Positions 10,708-23,631 of a DNA stretch of 52,514 bases are shown here, piece after piece. The stretch is taken from assembly GCF_006345805.1 (NCBI RefSeq), contig NW_021833946.1, positions 1-52,514 on the forward strand. Direction: 5' to 3'. Both the position numbers and the translations under genes were made by a program. The stretch comes from Octopus sinensis. Lineage: Eukaryota. The notes under the pieces are model-generated. The model was not told the origin of the DNA. It did no database searches and worked only from the letters and a program-made list of their open reading frames with translations. Each line of letters opens with the position of its first letter. Positions within the stretch are counted from its first letter, which is position 1.

Positions 10708-10923
10708 ATAATAGTTATCGCCATACTAATATGGCATTCTTAATAAAATAAGAAAAAAGCTGTCCGCTTGTTAGCTCCATGAGGCCATCGCCTTAAGTTA
10801 GCTATTTGATACAGTTTGTGTATCAATAGCTAACTTAAGGCGATGGCCTCATGGAGCTAACAAGCGGACAGCTTTTTTCTTATTTTTATAAGAATGCCAT
10901 ATTAGTATGGCGATAACTATTAT
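10708..10923. repeat. Fold-back (palindromic) element, ~105-bp near-perfect arms
   Basis: ataatagttatcgccatact...gctatttgataca / tgtatcaatagc...tggcgataactattat differ only by small indels. Loop of about 5 nt. Right end abuts (TA)n. Confidence 0.97.
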
Positions 10924-10980
10924 ATACATATATATATTATACATAATACATATAATATATATATATAGATATACGATTAC

Positions 10981-11033
<53 letters not shown>

Positions 11034-11206
11034 CAAAGAAAAACAGATGCAAAGGATTTGCGGTACATATGTTTCTGGCTTTATATGGACAGTTTATATC
11101 AATGCATAATTGATGTAACATGTATGTCTACCTACTTCAGCCGCGCACATTACCACACCAAAGTATACATATATATACTAGGCATATTCACCCTGAATTA
11201 TATATG

Positions 11207-11267
<61 letters not shown>

Positions 11268-11743
11268 TTTATATATATACATATATAATATTATACTTCT
11301 ATACACACACACACATATCTTGTATGTACTGCTAGATGTACGACTGCTCCTGTATGGGCTGCTCGTAGATTACCATTCTCCAGTCTGCTTCCAGTAGAGT
11401 TGTTAGTCTTCTCCTGTACTTGGCAGTGTTACTGCTTATGATATGCAGATTGCATGGAACGGAATATTTGGATAAACACAAGAAGAGAGGATCAGTTCCT
11501 ACGTACGCTTCCCTGTTGCAGTTATTCGGATGTTCCAAGTGCGTTTGGATGCCGGACTGCAATGGTGAAACGTACGTAGGGAGAAATAATCTATACCAGG
11601 GTTTATCTTCATTTTCCTCTATGTATACACACACACACAACACACACACAGATAAATTGTAAGATAGGTAGAGAGGGAGAGAGAGTTAGTTAGATAGATA
11701 GAGAGAGAGGGGGACACTTAGATAGAGAGAGAGGGGGGAAACT

Positions 11744-11783
<40 letters not shown>

Positions 11784-12503
11784 AAGAAACACAAAGAGAG
11801 AGAAAAGTGAGTTTAGCTATATACATGAACAGATAGAGAGAGAGAGTTGTGTGTGTGTGTGTGTGTGTGTGTCTCTGTGTGTGTCTGTTTGTGTGTGTGA
11901 GAGAGAGAGAGAGAGAGAAAGTTGAGTTAGGTATATAGATGAATTGATAGATAGACAGATAGATAGATAGATAGAAAATCAAATAGATACATAGACAGAC
12001 AGACAGACTGGCAGACAGACAGACAGACAGACTGGCAGGCAGACAGACAGAAAGAGACAGATAGATCGATAGATAGCCAGAACCATTACATTTTCTATGG
12101 TTGTGCAAAGATGACTTTGTCCAACGTATTTTTCCTTATGTAAAGCTGTAAGGAAGTTGGCTGCTATTTCTTGCAGATCATGTGTACTCACAGACGTTTT
12201 CTCGTTATACGTTATTGATGTTGCTGCTGCTGCTGCTGCTAGCGTCGTTGTTGTTCTTGTCGTTGTTGTTCAACCACGAAGCTTGAAATATCCAACTTCA
12301 AATAATGAAGAAAACAAAAGCTCTCAAAGTAAATGTGATATGATAAAGATTTCAATCCTCTCGTTGTAGTTGTGGTTGCTACAGCTGTTCCAATTATGGT
12401 TGACACTATTAATTTTAATACTGTTGTTGATGTTGTAGCAATTATACGTGTTGTTGTTGTTACTGCAATTGTCGTTGGTGTTATCTTTAACCTTTCCTTA
12501 CGT

Positions 12504-12676
12504 CCTTTACTTGTTTCGGTTACCAGACTGTGGCCATGCTGGGGCACCGCGTTAAAGAATTTACTTAGTCAAACGAGTCGACCACAGTACTTCTTTTTAA
12601 GCCTTGTGCTTATTCTAAACGCTAAGTTACGGGCACATAAACGAACCAAACCACAGTTGTCAAGAGGTGACAAGGA

Positions 12677-12735
<59 letters not shown>

Positions 12736-12928
12736 CTATATATATATATACACACACACACACACATACATTATAAAGACATGCTTCTTTCAGTTTCCAC
12801 CGATCAAATCCTCTCACAAGGCTTTGGTCGGTCCGAGGCTATAGCAGAAAACACTTTCCCACTGCGTGGCAGTGGGATTGAACCTGGAATCATGCGGTTG
12901 GGAAGCAAACTTCTTACCACATAGCAAC
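12504..12928 (-). mobile_element. SINE family A, full length
   Basis: Reverse complement gives the head gtggtaagaagtttgcttccc...ggttcaatcccactg, an internal (TG)/(TA) tract, and the 3' end ggccacagtctggtaaccgaaacaagtaaag. Confidence 0.85.
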
Positions 12929-12961
12929 GGCTATTTCTTCTACTTCGTGTATATATATATT

Positions 12962-13324
12962 GGAGGTGGCTATTTGCCAGAATCGTTAAAACGTCGGGCA
13001 AAATGTCATAAGGTATTCCTTCTGGGTCTTTACGTTCTGGTTTCAAATTCCACCGTGAGCAACTTTCCCTTTCATCCTTATGGCCCTATGACCTGGTGCC
13101 TACGTTAGATATTATTACTGACATCATCATCATCATCATCAACATTATCATCATTATTATTATGAGTTCAAATTTCGCCGTTGTCAACTTTGCCTTTCAT
13201 CCTTTCGACGATCGATAAATTAAGTACCAGTGAAACACTGGGGTTTATGTGATTGACTATCTCCCTCCCTCAAATTTCAGGTCTTGTGCCTATTGTAGAA
13301 AGGATTATTATTATTATTATTATT
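12962..13324 (+). mobile_element. Two partial SINE family B copies; the second ends in an (ATT)n tail
   Basis: Head cagaatcgttaaaacgtcgggcaaaatg at ~12978. Second body gagttcaaatttcgcc...cttgtgcctattgtagaaaggattattatt at 13164-13324. Confidence 0.8.
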
Positions 13325-13874
13325 TTCTTCGCACAGCTTCTAACGCCGGAGATGTACTACAATGTCAGCTGTTCACCTACAATGTCAGCTGTCAGGGAAC
13401 ACCTCTTATATTTCGAGCACCATCCGGAGGTTTCGAGCCGTACCAAGCAGTGCTGTTTTCTGCAAGTGCTCCACTATTATTGCAGCCCCTATCTGTTCCA
13501 TGTACTCCTCAATATTTTTATTCACTGTTCTCAGGGCTCGACAATTATGGGTACTACTACCACCTTTTTCATCGACCACAACTGCTTGACCTCCCAAGCT
13601 AACCTGTCATATCTATCGACTTTTCTTTTTTCCTTATCGCATACCTTGTCAGCTGGACATGTTATATCTATGATCCAGCATAGTTTTCTTTCTTTCTCAA
13701 TTAAGACTATGTCTGGCTTCCTATTCTCTATCTCATGGTCGCACTGAATCATAAAATCACACAGGATCTTTGCATTATCATTTTCGATGATGCCTTCGGG
13801 TTTGTGGTCGTACCAATTTTTTGCTCTATCAAGTCCATACTTGTTGCAAAGTGTCCAATGGGCAAGCCTTGTTA

Positions 13875-13875
<1 letters not shown>
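13325..13875 (-). mobile_element. R4/Dong-like non-LTR retrotransposon 3' fragment (RLE domain), frameshifted
   Basis: Minus strand: RLAHWTLCNKYGL...ENDNAKILCDFMIQCDHEIENRKPDIVLIEK...IIDITCP..KVDRYDRLAWEVKQLW...VVPIIV, frameshift, then HLQKTALLGTARNLRMVLEI*. About 80-bp 3' UTR. (AAT)n on both sides. Confidence 0.9.
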
Positions 13876-13969
<94 letters not shown>

Positions 13970-15041
13970 TTATTATTATTATTATTATTATTATTATAGA
14001 GTGTCCTATTGTAGAGAGTCTTCTGGTAATTTTGTCTCCTGTGCGTTCTGATTCCAAACATCACTACGGCTGACTTTCATCAATCATAGATATGAAAAAA
14101 AAGTACCAGTAAAATGTTGCGGTCGTTTTAATGAACGATATCCTTTCTCCTAAAATTGTGTACCTTTGAGCCAAATGTATATATCACTCAGTGTATTCGT
14201 CGATTGTAGGAAATTTCTGGAAAAACAGGAAATTCTTTTTTAAAAAACAAAACTTTATATTAACTAAAATGTTTGATTCCTGAGATGATGTGAAGTCCAC
14301 ATAGATGGTATTGAAGGTACAGCCTTAGGACAGAACATCATTTAAAACTATCTTTTTGGTTATACACTTGTTACCTATGTTCCCATAAGAACTATTAACT
14401 ATTATTTTTATCTTTCTGTCACGAAATCAACACACTCTGGGAAGAGACACATACATTATCTCTTTCCAGAGAAAGTGTCATGAGTAAATATTGGTTCATG
14501 TCCATAGTGAAAGTATTATTAAGCTTCTTCATAAATGTGCTGAAAGGCTAATGTATATAATAAACACTTTAAAGAATAAACAATTCATCATATATCTATT
14601 CTTAACACGTCGTAAAAGAGAAGCTATTCTCCTAAGACGTACACAACAGCGATCAACGTATTTTGTGTCTGAATCTGTCGAGGCATGTTAAGAATAAAAA
14701 TACAAATAATCGTACCAGATCTCTCAGTACACGGAACAAATAACGATTTTTACTTTAAAGAATCTTTATCTATGGAAGCACTCGATCACACAATCTATCT
14801 CTTACATTATTCTACTAGGAATGACTACCCAGTTAGCGTTTTAACAAATGTTAACTCGTTATACAACATCGTTATCAAGGAATGTGTATTAGGGTGGATC
14901 AAAGTCGCAGTGAATTCACCACGATAGCTGTCCCATAGAGCTGTAGATTTTGAAATATTATTTGTTATATGTATGTGTGTGTGTGCGCATGTATATATAT
15001 ATATATATATACATCACTCCATCAGATAGTACAATATATAT

Positions 15042-15294
15042 ATAAGAAATTAAAAAAGTAAAATACGCGCACTTACATAGTTTTAATATAGTTTTTAATA
15101 TATCGACCGGTTTCGCTATCGTTATTCATGATATTATGTTTTACTTATTTGAATATATATTTTTTCCTGGAAAAAACCTATATTCAAATAAGTAAAACAT
15201 AATATCATGAATAGCGATAGCGAAACCGGTCGATATATTAAAAATTATATTAAAACTATGTAAGTGTGCGTATTTTACTTTTTTAATTTCTTAT
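15042..15294. repeat. Fold-back element, ~116-bp arms (3 mismatches), a hammerhead-like motif in each arm
   Basis: Arms 15042-15157 and 15179-15294 are reverse complements. The loop itself contains ttttttcc/ggaaaaaa. TA-rich flank. Confidence 0.97.
15202..15236 (+). ncRNA. Minimal type-I hammerhead-like ribozyme, A3-U8 core variant
   Basis: AUAUC AUGAAUA GC gaua GC GAAA CCGG UC GAUAU. 5-bp helix I in register, G10.1-C11.1 pair, palindromic ACCGGU helix III, GUC triplet. Confidence 0.7.
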
Positions 15295-15402
15295 GTACAT
15301 TACAACTCACAACGTGGGGATAATCGAAATTCCTCTTTTCTGTTACTACTATATATATATATATATACTATTAACGCCATAAGAATTTATAAAATGCGAA
15401 AT

Positions 15403-15567
15403 AATTCAGTTTTGGAACAATAGATCTCGAAGCACACATAAATCTATAAATAATAGCATGTGAATATTCGACTTGTCCATCCAAAACGGTTTTTCCAACT
15501 CAATATTTACATGCTGTTATTTATGGCTTTTTGTTTGCTTCAAAATCTACTGTTCCAAAACAGAATT
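15403..15567. repeat. Older, diverged fold-back element (~66-bp arms)
   Basis: aattcagttttggaacaatagat...agcatgtgaatatt versus aatatttacatgct...atctactgttccaaaacagaatt, about 11 mismatches. Confidence 0.8.
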
Positions 15568-16710
15568 GTGTGTGTGTGTGTTGTGTGTGTGTGTGTTGTG
15601 TGTGTGTATGTGTGTATGTGTGTGTGTGTGTGCGTGCGTGCGTATGTGTGTATGTGAATTTGTGTCTGCGCGCGTAAAAAATAGAGAACGTAATTGATGT
15701 TTCCAGCTTTAAATAACTGGTGTTTCAGTAAATCGATTGTCATTATTACACTTGGCAATAAGATACATGTCGTAATCCATCCAGTACACCTCCTCAGAGT
15801 TTGCTGCGAAAAATACAAAGCTAAATGGGATGCTTGCTCCAGTATATTTCATTTATGCAAATTACATTAAATATGATAGGCATGGCAGAATATAACACTT
15901 AATTTCAGCTATCTATTTTCTTTTCGGTTCCATTACGATTAACATAAATAATTAAAATCTGAATATAATATATTATGTCCTCGATTTTATTCCATAGTTT
16001 ATCAGAAAATTGCCATAAGATTAAATGCATCTTCAACAGATTTTATCTTCAATTTCGTTCCATAGTTTATCGGCCAATCGTCTTACGGCTAAATGCTATG
16101 TCAATAATGGAGCTAAGCTTCGATTTTTATCCATAAGTGAAGTTACAAGCGTAGACCGTAATATAATAATATTATTAGATATTATTAAATTAATAATCGA
16201 ATAATATAATTATTGAGTGACTAATTAAGAGAGTCGATAACAATGCTTTTCGATGTTCGTCTCAGCTCCCTGTATTGAGTTCAAATCGCGTCAAAATCAA
16301 CGTTGTCTATTATTCCTACGGGGTCGATAAATTAAGTACCAGTTATGTACGAGGAAAGATTCCCCTCTCTTGAAAATGAACCCTGGTCAGATTCAGAGAT
16401 GGATGCTTCCCTCCAGCTCTAAAAATGCCCAACTTTCTCTATATGTCACAACAGTGGTTCCTATGACATCTTCAAGCGTTGGCATCCAAGGAGATAACAA
16501 ATTAAGTCTTCGATGTCGTTCCATAGTTAAGATAATGTTTGTCTAAAATGTTACACATGATTTTGTTATAATTTTGTCTGGAGAGGGTCATTATGCTAAT
16601 AATAAACACACGCACTGGTTCTATTTCACATCTTTACTGTCGATTTGGAACTGGACCAAATGTCTTTAGATGTTTTGTTATATATTTATTATATTATCGA
16701 TTTGGTATAA

Positions 16711-16910
16711 GGCGGCGCGGAGGCAGAATCGGACGAAATGCTTAGAGGTATTTCGTTCGTCTTTACGTTCTGGGTTCAAATTCCACCGAGGTCGACTTTG
16801 CCTTTCTTCCAATTGGGGTCGATAAAATAATCTAGTCGTGTACGGCGGTCGATGTAATCGACTAGCCCCCCTATCCATTTTCAGGCTTTGTGCCTGTAGT
16901 AGAAAGGCTT
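16711..16910 (+). mobile_element. SINE family B, near full length
   Basis: ggcggcgcggaggcagaatc...gggttcaaattccaccgaggtcgactttgcc...gatgtaatcgactagcccc...tgtgcctgtagtagaaagg. Confidence 0.85.
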
Positions 16911-17383
16911 TTATCGATTTGGTACCGGACCAAAAATGTGTCGAGGTGTTTAGTTACAGTAACGTTGACGTTCTCAGTTCGATTGGCAACAAACTTTGTT
17001 TTTTTTCTTTCGTAGTCGTTAAAAATAATCTACCAGTCACATACTGGGGAAAAGGTCTGTGTAAATCTATTCTACCCTCACTACCCCTTCCCACCTGTAT
17101 AAACCTTGGTCATGTGACAATTAAAGAAATTATTCCTGGATAAATATGTTGTTCTTAAATCATTGCTGTTGCTATTGATGTGGTTGTCGTTGCTATTGCT
17201 GCAAATGTTGCTAATGGTGCTGTTGGCGTTGTTGTTCTTGTTGCTGTTGTTGTTGATATTGCTGTTGTTGCGATTGTTGTTTTTTTGTTGTGCTGTTACT
17301 GCTGCTTAACCCATGGTCCGTCATGATAAAGCAACGGTGTGCCCACCACGGCCATCCCATATTTATAGCGATGCCTAGAACTA

Positions 17384-17868
17384 CGAGAGGGTCCCCAAAA
17401 ATAACTCCAAATGTTCTCTCTAAGCTGAAACGAAGGAAGAGCGTACTTCCGTGAAATTCTCTTTTCTGCTGCCGAAACAGTTATCATGCCTCAAACAGCT
17501 TACTAGGACGCCACCATGAGCAAAACACAAGTTTACGAGTGGTTTTCACGCTTTAGGAATGGTCACTTGAAGACCAACCTCTTTCAGGACGACCGTCAAC
17601 CTCCTGAAGGAATGAAAACATTATGAAAATTCATGAATTAATCCTGGAGGACCATCACCGAATTAACGAACATGTTGGTATGACTGCTGTGTCCTGGATC
17701 CCCTGCCAACGAATTTTGAGCGAGGAATTGTGAATGAAAAGAGTCGCAGCAAAACTTGTATCTCGTTTGCTCGCGGAAGATCAAAAGCGGTCACGGCTGA
17801 ATGCATGTCGCGAGCTTAAAGAACTGTTGGAAGTTGATCCGAACCTTTTTCCGAAGGTCATCACTGGT
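17384..17868 (+). pseudogene. Mariner transposase N-terminal fragment with 5' TIR
   Basis: Reads MSKTQVYEWFSRFRNG..GRPST..ILSEEL*MKRVAAKLVSRLLAEDQKRSRL..ELKE..DPNLFPKVITG, with stops and deletions. Begins tacgagagggtcccc. Cut by a SINE B tail at 17869-17920. Confidence 0.85.
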
Positions 17869-18435
17869 AACCCTCCGCAAAATTTCAGGCCTTTGAGCCT
17901 ATAGTAGAAAGGATTATTTAGCCCTTGGTCACAGAATATTGCGGTTGTCGCAGGAATACCGATGGCGGATGCTATTATGATAAGAAACTCTAAAGGTATA
18001 CAAAGAGGTGGGTGAGAATATGAACGAATAAGGGTGAGAATAAGGGTGAGGGGATGTTGAGGCGGGGTGGTGGTGGTGAAATAAATGGTGGCTGTGTGAA
18101 TGAATGTTCAATTTTAAGAAAATCAAATGTTTAGATATTTTTCGAAAAGAAGAATCGTAGATTAAGGTGAGTGGGTGCTGAGGGTACTGGGGTGTCAGTG
18201 TACCCAAGTCCCGGGTGTTGAGAAACTTCAGAGACCGTGAAGTGAACAAAAGATTATCCAATGGAGTTGAAGTATTTAATCACTAGTACCCTTCCCACCT
18301 CAGTGGAGTGGAAGCAGGTCTGTCTTCAATGAAGTGGTGTGGAGTGGAGTGGAGATAGGTTCTATCTTGAGAGCCAGAAGAAATGCCGCTAACCATTTTG
18401 TATGGCGTGCTAACTATTCTGTCAGCTCACCGGCT

Positions 18436-18558
<123 letters not shown>

Positions 18559-18641
18559 AAGAAGAAGAAGAAGAAGAACACTTCCATTTTTTTTATTTTG
18601 TCACTTTAGATTCCACGAACATAGTGCCGTTATTGTTGATA

Positions 18642-18711
<70 letters not shown>

Positions 18712-19091
18712 TAAAGGACGCAAGCATCTCAGTTTTATCAAATTCAAATCTCAAACCAGTGTAGAAATTAAATTAACTTCAATTATTTCATTAATTAATT
18801 TTAAAATATTAAAAAAAAATGCTAAAAGTGAATTGAAAGAATATTCGAATCGAGTTATGATTTTTCCTACCGATATGGCTGCGTGGTTAACAAGTTCGAC
18901 CTGCAACCAAGTGGTCTCAGTTTCAATCCTACTAGATAGTACCTCAGTTTTCTACAAATTAATGCCAGTGAATATATTATGCGGATACTGTATGCTCGTC
19001 GCATATATGTGTATATGTATGTAAGTATGTATGTATGTGTGAATGTGTGTGTGTGTGTGTATACACACGGACACACATACCTACATATATA

Positions 19092-20378
19092 TCAGGTCAT
19101 CCCATAAGTTCTGTCCGTTTTTACCTTTTTAAAACTGAATGAAATTTAAGAGTATTTTAGAATGTTTAATGGAATTAAAAATCATTTTTATGCATTTGTG
19201 TACATTTAAACTAATTAAATATTATTTTACAGAATAACAGAATTAAAATTTCTTTGATTAAAATCCTTTCTAACATGGAAGTATCCAAAGAGCATTTGAG
19301 GCGCATAATGCTTTATGAGTACAAAAAAGGAAACTCTGCAGCCGAAGCGACTTGAAACATACACTCAGTTTATGGGAAAGAATGCTTGAATGAAAGAACT
19401 TGCAGAAGATGGCTGGCAAAATTCAGAAATGGAGATTTCAGCCTTGAAGATGAAGATCGAACAGGACGTCTGGTTGAGTTTGATGATAAGCTCCTTGAGG
19501 CTTTACTTGAAGAAAATCCTGCGTTATCAGTTGAAGAATTGGCAATAAAGCTTAGTTCAAACCATACAACTGTTCATCATCGTCTTCAACTACTTAGGAA
19601 GGTTCCTAAACTTGGAAAATGGGTACCTCATGAATTGTCCGAAAGCAACCACAAATCCCGAGTTGACATCTACTCTTCTCTCCATTCTTGAGAACTCATT
19701 TCACCCTTTTTGGATCGACTTGTTACTAGTGATGAAAAACAGATCTTCTATCAAAATGTTAAACATCGTAAACTGTGGCTTGGTAAAAGGGAAAAGGCTC
19801 AACCACAAGCGAGAAGGGAACTTCATGGGGAAAAGGTTCTTCTGTCTATCTAGTGGGATTGCAAAGGGGTAATTCACTTTGAATTGTTACCACCTAATGC
19901 AACATTCAATGCTCAAGTCTACTGTCAGAAATTAGAGCATTTGAACCAAGCTTTGGAAAAAAAAAGAGCTGCTTTAGTGAATCGAAAAGGAGTGATGTTT
20001 CATCAGGACACTGCGCGACCCCACACTGCAAAGATCACATCACAGAAGATTGAAGAGCTTGGTTGGGAAAAAATTCCTCATCTACCTTATTCTCCCGACC
20101 TTGCTCCTTCAGACTACCATCTGTTTTGTAGTTTACAGAATCATTTGGGAGACATAACTTTCGCAAGCCAGGAGGAAGTCAAAACTGACATTTCAGAATT
20201 CTTTGTTTTGAAACCAAAAGCGTTTTACATTAATGGGATTTAAAAAGTTGTAAATAGATGGAAGGAAGTCATAGATAATCAGGGAAAGTACATTGAGGAT
20301 TAAATTTCAATTAAATATAACATTTGATCACTTGTTTTCTTTATTCAACATTCGGACAGAACTTATGGGATGACCTGA
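19092..20378 (+). mobile_element. Full-length mariner element (1287 bp), 26-bp perfect TIRs, TA target duplication
   Basis: tcaggtcatcccataagttctgtccg / cggacagaacttatgggatgacctga, flanked by TA at 19090-19091 and 20379-20380. Confidence 0.97.
19275..20303 (+). pseudogene. Mariner DD34D transposase pseudogene (343 codons, 4 in-frame stops, no frameshift)
   Basis: MEVSKEHLRR..WVPHEL..TSDEK..HQDTARPH..YSPDLAPSDY. 34 residues between the second and third D. Stops at 19353, 19689, 19851 and 20241. Confidence 0.95.
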
Positions 20379-20408
20379 TATATACACATACATATGTGAT
20401 GACCTCTG

Positions 20409-20454
<46 letters not shown>

Positions 20455-20680
20455 CGCATCCTTTTCTTTGTGTTTATTCAAATCCCCACCGTCTATTGTT
20501 TGGCAGCCGATCTTGATTTGTTTACTCCCCCTTAACTTAGCAGCTCGGCAAAATGAGAGACCGACAGAATGATAACCTGACTTTAAAAAAAGTATCGGGA
20601 AAAAGTCGATCGACTGAAGCCTTCAAGGTGTTGCTCCAGCATGGCCGCATTCCAATGACCGAATCAAGTCAAACAATTTC
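20455..20680 (+). mobile_element. SINE family A, 3' half
   Basis: tttactcccccttaacttagcagctcggcaaaatgagaccgacagaat...gctccagcatggccgc. Confidence 0.75.
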
Positions 20681-21224
20681 TGTAAAGTGTGTAGATAAGG
20701 TTATTATGTCAAAAGTAGAGTGTCTACTTTGAATTTAGCTCCAGCCTGGGCTGATCATGACTGCCAGGACAGCCCAACTTAGGACAGAACTCAGAGTTGG
20801 AGCTCAACTTTTCATTTAATAAACACACACACACACGCACACAGACATACACACACAAACATACGCGCACACAGCTATACACACACACAAAAAAATACAA
20901 ACACACACAGAAACACACGTACTCATACTTAAGCTCACGTACACAAACACACCCGTAAACAAACACACACACAAAAACACAAAATTTGGGGAAAGGAAAC
21001 AGAAAAACTAAACTCAGTACATGAATATGGCAAAGTAGGTTCCTCGAGCATTTCTGTCTTTGAGTGCTGGAACTCCTAGAGACAGCTACCTGACCTCCAT
21101 GTTGTATAAACGACCGAGTTCACCAATGTCCCCCTGGACGGGACGCCAGTCTATCGCAGGAAGACCATGGATGCAAATACTTGAATATTCAGACACACAC
21201 ACACACACACACACCACACACACA

Positions 21225-21280
<56 letters not shown>

Positions 21281-21817
21281 ATATATATATAAAGAGAGAG
21301 AGAGGGAGATTAATCAGTTGAAAGTTACGAAAGTGACTCAAAGACCGAGACCAAGTCTTCTAATCACTTTTGTAAGTTTCTGCTAATTAAAATGTGTGTG
21401 TGTGTGTATGTATACACCTCTCCCCCCCCCACACACACACAAATGGTAACAGGAAAATAATAAGCAAATATAACGGTTTCTTTCTGAATGTTGACATTTT
21501 CGAAGATAATATCTGGCAGACGACATTTACTTCCATTAAGGCGCATGCTCAAAATCATCGGGGATTCACATATACATACACACACACACACATATATATG
21601 CATATACATGCGTTCACATACACACACGCACACATAATTTCCTACCCAATTAATTAAATAGATTAAGTCGTTGACTGTCACCACCTCCCTAACCCAAACC
21701 CTTAACCACGACCGCTAAGTATGCAACGGCAAAGAATTTTGTCTGATTATAATTTTTTTATTGGTTTGTTAGGTTCTAATATCTAAATTAATAAAGAATA
21801 TTAATCACCATCAATTA

Positions 21818-22029
21818 GGCGGCGAGCTGCAGTATCGCGAGCGCGCCGAACAAAATGCTTAGCGACATTTCGGCCGTCTTTACGTTCTGAGTTCAAATTC
21901 CGCCGAGGTTGACTTTGCCTTTCATATTTTCGAGGTCGATAAATTAAGTACCAGTGAAACACTGGGGTCGATGTAATCGACTTATGCCCTCCCCAGAAAT
22001 TTCAGGCCTTGTGCCTATGGTAGAAAAGA

Positions 22030-22085
<56 letters not shown>
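21818..22085 (+). mobile_element. SINE family B, full length with long (ATT)n tail
   Basis: ggcggcgagctgcag...gagttcaaattccgccgagg...tttcaggccttgtgcctatggtagaaaagatcattattatt. Confidence 0.9.
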
Positions 22086-22408
22086 GTTTCGTCTGAGGAT
22101 GTAATACTATTTCTGGAGAATAAAATCAATGACAACCAGTTCTAAGCACAACTCTAATGTTATTTGTGAGACAATTGACTGTAAAATCTATGGAAGGAAA
22201 TCGAAGTAATAATCTATTTATTTAAGTCTCGATGTTTATGTTATATTCAATTATTAAATACGATTTTAAAAGAAATTATCTATTTCGTGGTTTTCTATGA
22301 ACTTCTAATAAGTTTAATCTGGAAGTCTCACCATACTTCCAGTATGTATGTATATATGAATGAATATATTATGTTTGAATGTATGTATTATCTATGTATG
22401 TATAAGTG

Positions 22409-22442
<34 letters not shown>

Positions 22443-23261
22443 CATGTGCGTGTGCTTATGCATATCTCTATAAGTACATACACACGCATTTATATATGTA
22501 TGTTTCAGTGTGCGTGTATATATATATATGCATTTAAGTATGTGTATACATATATACATGTATGTATGTATGTATATGTATGCATATACTTGAGTGTGTA
22601 TGTATATACTGTGTATTAATCTTGATCTATCATATAAATGATTTCCAGCTGTGACCATCACGTTTTCTTCCTATGTGTACACAGTCCAAGACCATATCTT
22701 TTAACATATCACTTCCTGAAACGGATGGAATGGAATTTGAGGGATATTTTGGCCGCTATTTCTAAGGTTGAGTGACAACGTAAAGGTTTCAAGTTTCATG
22801 AACGAAGATGGCTGCAGGCAGAAAATGGTTTACGACTTTAACATCAATTATGAATAATCCCTTTAAATCTCTTACTTTCAAATCCCATAATGCTTAAAGA
22901 CTATGCTCTACATTCGCTTAGTTCACCGATTTCTCTGCCAAGGAGTCTACGAGAGAATCCTGAGATATTTACCCATCGTGCCATTCGGCGGAACCAGAAA
23001 ATTAGTCACATTTGTTTCCTTCTTTTATGCGGTCTCTTTTTTGAAAATGCCTGTTAGTCTTTTCTGATATTCCTGAAAATTCCAAGACATTGGCCCCATG
23101 TGTCTCTTCTGACCAATCTCATAGATACTGGTTCGGCACGGGGTAGGATTTATTTGTCGTCTGCTTCTTGCCCTGAAACCGGAAGTATTAAGCGGCATTA
23201 ATCACATCGATGGCAAAGCATTTGACGGGCAACATTTTGCATTCTATATATAGTACACCGC

Positions 23262-23377
<116 letters not shown>

Positions 23378-23631
23378 TTTATGTATGTATATATATATAT
23401 ATGTATATATATATATGTGTGTGTGTGTGTGTATAAAGATGAAAAGGAACACGCGAGTTGATATGTATGAAAAAACAAGTCAAGATAGAAAATGCTAAAA
23501 TAATTTTAGCATTTTCTTGACTTGTTTTTTCATATATATATATATATATGCACACACAGACACACAGACACACAGACACACACACACACGGTAAATGAAA
23601 GACGGAAAATGGAATGTACGAGAATGTATTA

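Noticed and set aside
11332-11662. ~290-bp island open on both strands with YVG-type strings
   Set aside because: Resemblance to GIY-YIG or RTE motifs is too weak in any frame to call.
14435-14471. 13-bp hairpin and adjacent plus-strand splice-like signals
   Set aside because: Short, purine/pyrimidine-biased and plausible by chance; the implied exon is not frame-preserving.
21686-21708. ccctaacccaaacccttaacc as interstitial telomeric repeat
   Set aside because: Only about three degenerate units.
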